A stretch of 64,000 bases of DNA from Eledone cirrhosa (lineage: Eukaryota): positions 268,894,001-268,958,000 of the forward strand of contig OZ024740.1 in assembly GCA_964016885.1 (NCBI GenBank), read 5' to 3'. Positions 26,771-37,654 of this stretch are shown here, piece after piece; positions within the stretch are counted from its first letter, which is position 1; each line of letters starts with the position of its first letter. The notes under the pieces were generated by a model. That model searched no databases and was not told the origin of the DNA. It was given only the letters and a program-made list of their open reading frames with translations. Made by a program: the position numbers and the translations under genes.

Positions 26771-28329
26771 TGACACGAGAGTGCAAGATAAGGAGAGGGT
26801 GAAAATTAACCGATACCAGGATTTAGTTTGTCCCCTTTATTGTTTGTCCTTACCCTGATATCCCTCTCCGTCATATTGCGAAAAGTGAAAGCAGGATACA
26901 AGGTGGGAAGAGGCGAGATTACCATGAACCACTCCTCTTCATGGACGATCTTAAACTCTTTGGGAAGGGTGAGAAGAAGTTGGATGTACTTGTTGCCACT
27001 GTCGGAATTTTCAGCAATGATTTATGTATGGAATTTGGTGTTCATATGAGTCGAAGCCTAGTGATGATGAGGGGAAGCAACGGAATCCAGATACCAACAG
27101 GTGAGATGGTAAGGGAAATTGACACTGAAGAGGGATACAAATATTTAGGTGTTCTGGAAGCAGATGACATCAAGAACAAAAACAAAATGAAGGAATTGAT
27201 TAGATCTGAGTACATAAGGAGAGTAAGGAACATACTAAAATCACATCTAAATAGTAGGAATGTCATAAGTGCAGTAAATTCCCGAGCTGTGTCTATTATT
27301 AGGTACAGTGCGGGAATTCTGAAATGGAATGTTCCTGAACAAAAAGAAATGGATAGGAAGACTAGGAAGCTAATGACTATCTACAACATGTTCCACAAGA
27401 GGAGTGATGTTGATAGACTCTACTTAAAGAGATCTAGGTGGAATAGGTCTTATCAGCATAGAGGACTGTGTTCAGATGGAGAAAACAGTTTGCACAAAAT
27501 TTTACTGAACTGGAAAACAACAGACCAGGGGATATCCAAGGAAGAAATAACAAGGAGGAAGAGCAACCTTCATGAAAATTCCCTTCATAGCACCTTCTTT
27601 AAAAAAACGGAATTCAAAGATCCAGTAGGAGACCTTAAAAAAGCTACAGAAGGAATGCTAATGGCTGTGCAAGCGCAAGCCCTCAGAACGAAGTGGCTGA
27701 AACACCATATTGACAAGGAGGAGGCTAGCCCACTGTGCAGGATCTGTGGAGAAAGAGAGGGGACTGTGGCTCACATTGTATCCTAGTGTAAACACCTAGC
27801 CCAGACTCACTATAAAGGCTGGAGATGTGATATGATAGGCAGGTTGATTCACTGGCACCTATGCAAAGTAAACAATTTACCACATTCTGAGAAGTGGTAT
27901 GAACATAAGCCAGAGTCGGTGAAGTTAAGGTGCTATGGGATTTTAGGATACAGATGGACAAGAAATTAGATCGTGCCTGCTTGTAGATGTAGCCTGCTCA
28001 GTTGACACGAGAGTGCAAGAAAAGGAAAGGGAGAAAATTAACCGATACCAGGATTTACAGTGGGAGTTACAAAGGATTTGGAGCTGCCATGAGATCAAGG
28101 ACGTGCCGATTGTCATATGTGCACGAGGTACTATATTAAAGAGTTTCCCAGGATGGTTAAAGAAGAATAGTCCAGCGAAGTTTTTTGGAAGTCTTCAAAA
28201 GTCATGTTTGCTGGGAATAGGAAGAATTCTCCGATACGTCCAGAATGTCTGAGGCTGCAGGTAGCGGCTTGATATTAATTTCAACAAACTTTCCAGTTAA
28301 ATAACGTTAATGACTGAGACTCAAAGAAC
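26771..28329 (+). mobile_element. 5'-truncated R4/Dong-like LINE copy
   Basis: FMDDLKLF, YKYLGV, CRICGEREGTVAHIVS and the RLE region; closely similar to 18610-20233 including the 3'UTR; ends in AAT-like repeats. Confidence 0.92.
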
Positions 28330-28695
28330 AATAATAACAATACTAATAATAGTTATACTTATATATATGATATCTATCTATATATCTAAAACAGAGAATG
28401 TCTGTCCACTCACTAAAACTCGAGAACCACCAAACCGATTGTTTTCAAACTTTACCCATGAAATACTTATGAACCGCATTAGGCTATTTAGCGATCTCTC
28501 TCTATAACACTTAGTCTTTCTCTTTTTAAATCGATACACAGATATAACGTTGCGCCCTTGTAATATCTGTCTGTATAACTGGGTGTCTGCATTACGACAT
28601 TACGACGTAGCTGTGTGTGTGTATATATATATATATGTATATATATAGTGTGTATATATAAATATATATATATATGTATATATATAGTGTGTGTG

Positions 28696-28783
<88 letters not shown>

Positions 28784-29207
28784 GAACACTGGTTTAACCG
28801 CTTTACATCCCCCCGTAGAAGAGATATTATCTCGAAAATTAACGACATTTAAATAAATCTAAGGTAAAAGACTAATTGTCAGCTATATCTTATGCATTTG
28901 CATTCTTTATTCTATGTCTATACCTGCATTGTTTTGGCTTTATTATACATATACAAACGTTTATATTAATATATATATATATATATATTGTGTGTGTGTA
29001 GCGCTTTCCAAAATATTTACTTCTGCGTTCACAGATTCATTTTTTTATTTTAGTTTCAGAAGATACCGTTAAGGGTGAAAGCAGCTATTCGTTGCTTAAA
29101 CTTTAATCTGTTATTTTAATAAATATTTGATCTACGGTTCTTATATATTTGATATATATTTATCCTTATCGAGCTCTCTTTGGATTTAGTCTTCAAATTT
29201 ATTATAT

Positions 29208-29246
<39 letters not shown>

Positions 29247-29383
29247 CCACTATATATACATTCATTTATATATCGCTATTTCAGAGCACCAATTCTAATT
29301 TTAAATTTCTGCTTGACCGGCAGCCGCTCTGTATAATCAGTCCCTGATTATTAATAGAATTCTATAAGAATCAAATATTCATG

Positions 29384-29478
29384 ATTTTCAGCAAACAGGT
29401 GGAGTACTTAGCTTTGATAAGTACCAAAAAGTACGAAACAGGGCTCTGTCAGCTTTATCTCCCCTGTTTACTGAAAAT
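29384..29478 (+). ncRNA. Type I hammerhead ribozyme (U3-A8 core) with extended stem I
   Basis: AUUUUCAGCAAACAGG U GGAG UACUU AGCU UUGAUAA GUAC CAAAAA GUAC GAAAC AGGGCUCU GUC AGCU UUAU CUCC CCUGUUUACUGAAAAU; predicted cleavage after C29450. Confidence 0.9.
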
Positions 29479-30429
29479 TTAAAGTAAGGGAGACTGTCGC
29501 TACTCTAAAACAGAAACGTAAGGTCTTCGAAATGCTTTTAATTAAGCATACAGTGTATTGCAAAATCCAATATATATACATTCATTTATATATCGCTATT
29601 TCAGAGCACCAATTCAAATTTTCAATTTCTGCTTGACCGGCAAACGATCTGTATAATCAGTCCCTGATTATTACTAGAATACTATTAGAATCAAACATTC
29701 ATGATTTTCAGCAATCAGGTTCAAGTACTTAGCCTAGATAAATACCAAAAAGTACGAAACAGAGCTCTGTCAGCTTTATCTCCCCTGTTTGCAGAAAATT
29801 TAAAGAAGGTGAGACTGTCACTACTCTAAAACAATAGCGTAAGGGCTTCGAAATGCTTTTAATTAAGCATACCGTGTATTGCAAAATACACTATATATAC
29901 ATTCATTTTAATATCGCTATTTCAGAGCACCAATTCTAATTTTCAATTCCTGCTTGACTGGCAACCGCTCTGTATAATCAGTTCCCGATTATTACTAGAA
30001 TTCTATAAGAAACAAACATTCATGATTTTCAGCGTAAGGTCTTCTAAATGCTTTTAATTAAGCATACAGTGTGTTGGAAAATACACTATATATACATTCA
30101 TATATATATCGCTATTTCAGAAAACCAATTCTAATTTTCAATTTGTACTTCACCAGCAACCGCTCTTTATAATCAGTTCCTGATTACTACTAGAATTCTA
30201 TAAGAATCAAACATTCATGATTTTCAGCAAACAGGTGGGGTACTTAGCCTTGATAAGTACCAACAAGTACGAAATAGAGCTCTGTTAGCTTTATCTCCCC
30301 TGTTTGCTAAACATTTAAAGTAAGTGAGACTGTCACTACTCTAAAACAATAGCGTAAGTTGTTCGAAATGCTTTTAATTAAGCAGTCAGTGTATTGCAAA
30401 ATCCACTATATATACATTCATATATATAT

Positions 30430-30467
<38 letters not shown>

Positions 30468-30468
<1 letters not shown>

Positions 30469-30843
30469 ACAGTGCAGAGAAGTACGGAAAACATCGGCCT
30501 CGGGATGGTGTCTACATTTTGGTCTTATACAAAACATTCGTCGTAGATTACCAGGTTTTTTATCCGTGCGAAGAAAATCAATTCTTTATCTCGAAATAAA
30601 TACCTTTGTTTATATTTACTAATTGAATATATATTTATATATATATATATATAATTATATATTCGTGTACAGATATTTTTGCATACACGATTAGTAAATA
30701 TAAACAAAGGTATTTATTTCGAGATAAAGAATTGATTTTCTTCGCACGGATAAAAAACCTGGTAATCTACGACGAATGTTTTGTATAAGACCAAAATGTA
30801 GACACCATCCCGAGGCCGAGGTATTCCGTACTTCTCTGCACTG

Positions 30844-30846
<3 letters not shown>
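30468..30846. repeat. Fold-back element (~155 bp arms) at the orientation switch of the array
   Basis: AACAGTGCAGAGAAGTACGGAA...TATTTACTAAT mirrored by ATTAGTAAATA...TTCCGTACTTCTCTGCACTGTT; (TA)n on both sides. Confidence 0.93.
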
Positions 30847-30917
<71 letters not shown>

Positions 30918-33900
30918 ATATATAAATGTATATATAGTGGATTTTGCAATACACTGACTGCTTAATTAAATGTTTGATTCTTATAGAATTCTAGTAATAA
31001 CCAGGAACTGATTATACAGAGCGGTTGCTGGTTAAGCACAAATTGAAAATTAGAATTGGTTTTCTGAAATAGCGATATATCTATGAATGTATATATAATG
31101 TATTTTGCAATACACGGTATGCTTAATTAAAAGCATTTCGAAGCCCTTACGCTATTGGATTAGAGTAGTGACAGACACACCTACTTTAAATTTTCTGCAA
31201 AGAGGGGAGATAAAGCTGACAGAGCTGTGTTTCGTACTTTTTGGTATTTATCAAGGCTAAGTACTTGAATCTGATTGCTGAAAATCATGAATGTTTGATT
31301 CTTATAGTATTCTACTAATAATCGGGAACTGATTATACAGAGCGGTTGCCGGTCAAGCAGAAATTGAAAATTAGAATTGGTGCTCTGAAATAGAGATATT
31401 AAAATGAATGTATATATAGTGTATTTTGTAATACACTGTATGCTTAATTAAAAGCATTTCGAAGCCCTTACTCTATTGTTTTAGAGTAGTGACAGTCTCA
31501 CTTACTTTAAATTTTCAGCAAACAGGGGAGATAAAGCTGACAGAGCTCTGTTTCGTACTTTTTTGTATTTATCAAGTCTAATTACTTCACCTGATTGCTG
31601 AAAATCATGAATGTTTGATTCTTATAGAATTCTAGTAATAATCGGGAACTGATTATACAGAGCGGTTGCCGGTCAAGCAGAAATTTAAAATTAGAATTGG
31701 TGCTCTGAAATAGCGATATTAAAATGAATGTATATATAGTGTATTTTGCAATAATCTGTATGCTTAATTAAAAGCATTTCGAAGCCCTTACGCTATTGTT
31801 TTAGAGTAGTGACAGTCTCACCTTTTTTAAATTTTCTGCAAACAGGGGAGATAAAGCTGACATAGCTCTGTTTCGTACTTTTTGGTATTTATCAAGGCTA
31901 AGTACTTGAACCTGATTGCTGAAAATCATGAATGTTTGATTCTTATAGAATTCTAGTAATAATCAGGAACTGATTATACAGAGCGGTTGCCGGTCAAGCA
32001 GAAATTAAAATTAAAATTGGTGCTCGGAAATAGCGATATATAAATGAATGTATATATAGTGTATTTTGCAATACAATGTATGCTTAATTAAAAGCATTTC
32101 GTAGACCTTACGCTATTGTTTTAGAGTAGTGATAGTCTCACTTACTTTAAATTTTCAGCAAACTGCGAAGAAAAAGCTGACAGAGCTCTGTTTCGTACTT
32201 TTTGGTACTTATCAATGCTAAGTACTCCACCTGCTTGCTGAAAATCATGAATGTTTGATTCTTATAGGATTCTAGTAATAATCAGGAACTGACTATACAG
32301 AGCGGTTGCCGGTCAAGCAGAAAATGAAAAAGGGAATTGGTTCTCTGAAATGGCGATATATATATGAATGTATATATAGTGGATTTTGCAATACACTGTA
32401 TGCTTAATTAAAAGCATTTAGAAGACCTAACGCTGAAAATCATGAATGTTTGATTCTTATAGAATTCTAGTAATAATCGGGAACTGATTATACAGAGCGA
32501 TTGCCGGTCAAGCAGAAATTGAAAATTAGAATTGGTGCTCTGAAATAGAGATATTAAAATGAATGTATATATAGGGTATTTTGTAATACACTGTATGCTT
32601 AATTAAAAGCATTTCGAAGCCCTTACTCTATTGTTTTAGAGTAGTGACAGTCTCACTTACTTTAAATTTTCAGCAAACAGGGGAGATAAAGCTGACAGAG
32701 CTCTGTTTCGTACTTCTTGGTATTTATCAAGGCTAAGTACCTGAACCCTATTGCTGAAAATCATGAATGTTTGATTCTTATAGAATTCTAGTAATAATCG
32801 GGAACTGATTATACAGAGCGGTTGCCGGTCAAGCAGAAATTACAATTAGATTTGGTGCTCTGAAATAGCGATATATAAATGAATGTATATATAGTGTATT
32901 TTGCAATACACTGTATGCTTAATTAAAAGCATTTCGTAGACCTTACGCTATTGTTTTAGAGTAGTGACAGTCTCACTTACTTTAAATTTTCAGCAAACAG
33001 CGGAGATAAAGCTGACAGAGCTCTGTTTCGTAATTTTTGGTACTTATCAATGCTAAGTACTCCACCTGCTTGCTGAAAATCATGAAAGTTTGATTCTTAT
33101 AGGATTCTAGTAATAATTAGGTACTGACTATACAGAGCGGTTGCCGGTCAAGCAGAAAATGAAAAAGGGAATTGCTGCTCTGAAATAGCGATATATATAT
33201 ATATATGAATTTATATATAGTGTATTTTGCAATACACTGTATGCTTAATTAAAAGCATTTCGAAGACCTTACCTTATTGTTTTAGTGTAGTGACAGTCTC
33301 ACTTACTTTAAATTTTCAGCAAACAGGGGAGATAAAGCTGACAGAGCTCTGTTTCGTACTTTTTGTTACTTATCAAAGCTAAGTACTCCACCTGTTTGCT
33401 GAAAATCATGAATATTCTATTCTTATAGAAATCTATTAATAATCAGGGACTGATTATACAGAGCGGTTGCCGGTCAAGCAGAAAATGAAAAAGGGAATTG
33501 GTGCTTTGAAACAGCTATATATATATATGAATGTATATATAGTGTATTTTGCAATACACTGTATGCTTAATTAAAAGCATTTAGAAGACCTTACGCTGAA
33601 AATCATGAATGTTTGATTCTTATAGAATTCTAGTAATAATCAGGAACTGATTATACAGAGCGGTTGCCGGTAAAGCAAAAATTGAAATTAGAATTGGTGC
33701 TCTGAAACAGCGATATATAAATGAATGTATATATAGTGTATTTTGCAATACACTGTATGCTTAATTAAAAGCATTTCGAAGCCCTTACGCTATTGTTTTA
33801 GAGTAGTGACAGTCTCACCTACTTTAAATTTTCTGCAAACAGGGGAGATAAAGCTGACAGAGCTCTGTTTCGTACTTTTTGGTATATATCAAGGCTAAGT

Positions 33901-36493
33901 ACTTCACCTGATTGCTGAAAATCATGAATGTTAGATTCTTATAGAATTCTAGTAATAATCAGGAACTGATTATACAGAGCGGTTGCCGGTCAAGCATAAA
34001 TTGAAATTAGAATTGGTGCTCTGAAACAGCGATATATAAATGAATGTATATATAGTGTATTTTGCAATACACTGTATGCTTAATTAAAAGCATTTCGTAG
34101 ACCTTACGCTATTGTTTTAGAGTAGTGAGCGTCTCACTTACTTTAAATTTTCAGCAAACAGCGGAGATAAAGCTGACAGAGCTCTGTTTCGTAGTTTTTG
34201 GTACTTATCAAGGCTATGTACTCCACCTGCTTGCTGAAAATTATGAATGTTTGATTCTTATAGGATTCTAGTAATAATCAGGAACTGACTATACAGAGCG
34301 GTTGCCGGTCAAGCAGAAAATGAAAAAGGGAATTGAAGCTCTGAAATAGCGATATATATATATGAATGTATATATAGTGTATTTTCAATACACTGTATGC
34401 TTAATTAAAAGCATTTCGAAGACCTTACCTTATTGTTTTAGTGCAGTGACATTCTCACTTACTTTAAATTTTCAGCAAACAGGGGAGATGAAGCTGACAG
34501 AGCTCTGTTTTGTACTTTTTAGTACTTACCAAGGCTAAGTACTCCATCTGCTTGCTGAAAATCATGAATATTTGATTCTTATAGAATTCTATTACTAATG
34601 AGGGACTGATCATACAGAGCGGTTGCCGGTCAAGCAGGAAATGAAAAAGGGAATTGGTGCTCTGAAATAGCTATATATATATATGAATGTATATATAGTG
34701 TATTTTGCAATACACTGTATGCTTAATTAAAAGTATTTAGAAGACCTTACGCTGAAAATCATGAACGTTTGATTCTTATAGAATTCTAGTAATAATCGGG
34801 AACTGATTATACAGAGCGGTTGCCGGTCAAGCAGAAATTGAAAATTAGAATTGGTGCTCTGAAATAGCGATATTAAAATGAATGTATACATAGTGGATTT
34901 TGCAATACACTGTATGCTTAATTAAAAGCATTTCGAAGCCCTTACGCTATTGTTTTAGAGTAGTGACAGTCTCACCTACTTTAAATTTTCTGCAAACAGG
35001 GGAGATAAAGCTGACATAGCTCTGTTTCGTACTTTTGGGTATTTATCAAGGCTAAGTACTTCACCTGACTGCTGAAAATCATGAATGTTTGATTCTTATA
35101 GAATTCTAGTAATAATCAGGAACTGATTATACAGAGCGATTTCCGGTCAAGCAGAAATTGAAATTAGAATTGGTGCTCTGAAATAGCGATATATAAATGA
35201 ATGTATATATAGTGTATTTTGCAATACACTGTATGCTTAATTAAAAGCATTTCGTAGACCTTACGCTATTGTTTTAGAGTAGTGACAGTCACACTTACTT
35301 TAAATTTTCAGCAAACAGCGGAGATAAAGCTGACAAAGCTCTGTTTCGTACTTTTTGGTACTTATCAAGGCTAAGTACTCCACCTGCGTGCTGAAAATTA
35401 TGAATGTTTGATTCTTATAGAATTCTATTAATAATCAGGGACTGATTATACAGAGCGGTTGCCGGTCAAGCAGAAAATGAAAAAGGGAATTGGAGCTCTG
35501 AAATAGCGATATATATATATGAATATATATATATGAATATAGTGTATTTTGCAATACACTGTATGCTTAATTAAAAGCATTTCGAAGACCTTACCTTATT
35601 GTTTTAGTGTAGTGACAGTCTCACTTACTTTAAATTTTCAGCAAACAGGGGAGATAAAGCTGACAGAGCTCTGTTTCGTACTTTTTGTTACTTATCAAAG
35701 CTAAGTACTCCACCTGTTTGCTGAAAATCATGAATATTTGATTCTTATAGAATTCTATTAATAATCAGGGACTGATTATACAGAGCGGTTGCCGGTCAAT
35801 CAGAAAATGAAAAAGGGAATAGGTGCTCTGAAATAGCTATATATATTTATGAATGTATATATAGTGTATTTTGCAATACACTGTATGCTTAATTAAAAGC
35901 ATTTAGAAGACCTTACGCGGAAAATCATGAATGTTTGATTCTTATAGAATCTAATAATAATCAGGAACTGATTATACGGAGCGGTTGCCGGTCAAGCAGA
36001 AATTGAAAATTATAATTGGTGCTCTGAAATAGCGATATAAATTGAATGTATATATAGTGTATTTTGCAATACACTGTATGCTTAATTAAAAGCATTTCGA
36101 AGACATTTCGCTATTGTTTTAGGGTAGGGACAGTCTCACTTACTTTAAATGTTCAGCAACATGGGACATAAAGCTGACAGAGCTCTGTTTTGTACTTTTT
36201 AGTACTTATCATGGCTAAGTACTCCATCTGCTTGCTGAAAATCATGAATGTTTGATTCTCATAGAATTCTAGTAACAATCAGGAACTGATTATACAGAGC
36301 GGTTGCCGGTCAAGCAGAAAATGAAAATTAGAATTGGTGCTCTGAAATAGCGATATATATATATGAATGTATATATATATGTATTTGCAATACAATGTAC
36401 GCTTAATTGAAAGCATTTCGAAGACCTTACCTTATTGTTTTAGTGTAGTGACAGTCACACTTACTTTAAATTTTCAGCAAACAGGGGAGATAA

Positions 36494-36538
36494 AGCTGAC
36501 AGAGCTCTGTTTCGTACTTTTTGGTACTTATCAAAGCT
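36494..36538 (-). ncRNA. Type I hammerhead ribozyme core, intact copy
   Basis: Minus strand AGCU UUGAUAA GUAC CAAAAA GUAC GAAAC AGAGCUCU GUC AGCU. About 14 further variants at ~31214, 31534, 31854, 32175, 32690, 33010, 33336, 33852, 34171, 34492, 35009, 35328, 35658 and 36172. Confidence 0.9.
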
Positions 36539-37654
36539 AAGTACTCCACCTGTTTGCTGACAATCATGAATGTTTGATTCTTATAGAATTCTAGTAATAA
36601 TCGGGAACTGATTATACAGAGCGGTTGCCGGTCAAGCAGAAATTGAAAATTAGAATTGTTGCTCTTAATTAAAAGCAATACCTGCCCTGTTTGCTGAAAA
36701 TTGAAAGTAAGTGTGACTGTCACTACTCTAAAACAATAGCGTAAGGTCTTCTAAATACTTTTAATCAATGCTTTTTAATACAGTGTATTGCAAAATACAC
36801 TATATATACATTCATATATATATCGCTATTTCAGAGCACCAATTCTAATTTTTAATTTCTGCTTGACCGGCAACCGCTCTGTATAATCAGTTCCTGATTA
36901 TTTCTAGAATTCTATTAGAATCAAACATTCATGATTTTCATCAAACAATCGGAGTACTTAGCTTTGATAAGTACGAAAAAAGTACGAAACAGAGCCTCTG
37001 TCAGCTTTATCTGCCCTGTTTGCTGCAAATTTAAAGTGAGACTGTCACTACTCTAAAACTATAGCGTAAGGTCTTCGAAATGCTTTTTATTAATCAAACA
37101 GTGTATTGCAAAATACACTGTATATACATTCATATATATATCGCTATTTCAGAGCACCAATTCTAATTATATATATATACTAGCAGATTTACCCGGCGTA
37201 GCTCTGCGTTTGAAATTATGCTAAGAATATACAGCTAGGAAGTAAAAGAAGAACATTATTTGTCCCCAACCTGTCAAAATAAGCAGAAGTCTTCAATAAT
37301 TAATGCAAACAAATATTTAGTGCAATCTTTGTACACATAAAACTATTTCTGATAATGAAGGAAAACACTGAACAGGATGTAGTTATATAAAATATAAAGA
37401 CGTTGCAAATCTGTAAAAAAAACAGGCAGTTTTGCTAAATTACAAAAAGTTGTAATGAAAGCAGAGTTGTATACAAACAAAAAAGCAATGAGAGTAGAAT
37501 AAGAGAAAATCTATTTTTTGAGAGCATCCTTTGCTGTGTATGGTTAATTTTTTAACTTATAATCTAAAATATCCTGCATGACATCTTCATTGGTATGTTT
37601 TGTAATGAGTAAGGTGAAGTCAAGGCAGAGCTGTAATAAGTTTTTTTGTTAACA

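Larger units (their letters stand above)
29244..37168. repeat. ~320 bp tandem array with hammerhead ribozymes (retrozyme-like), three blocks of alternating orientation
   Basis: Blocks ~29244-30420 (ribozyme on +), ~30923-36665 (on -) and ~36680-37168 (on +). Spacing is 320-321 bp (e.g. 31534, 31854, 32175); ~195 bp short monomers are interspersed. Confidence 0.96.

Noticed and set aside
29244-37168. CRISPR array or coding repeat
   Set aside because: Whole monomers repeat without unique spacers, the context is eukaryotic, and no consistent ORF exists.
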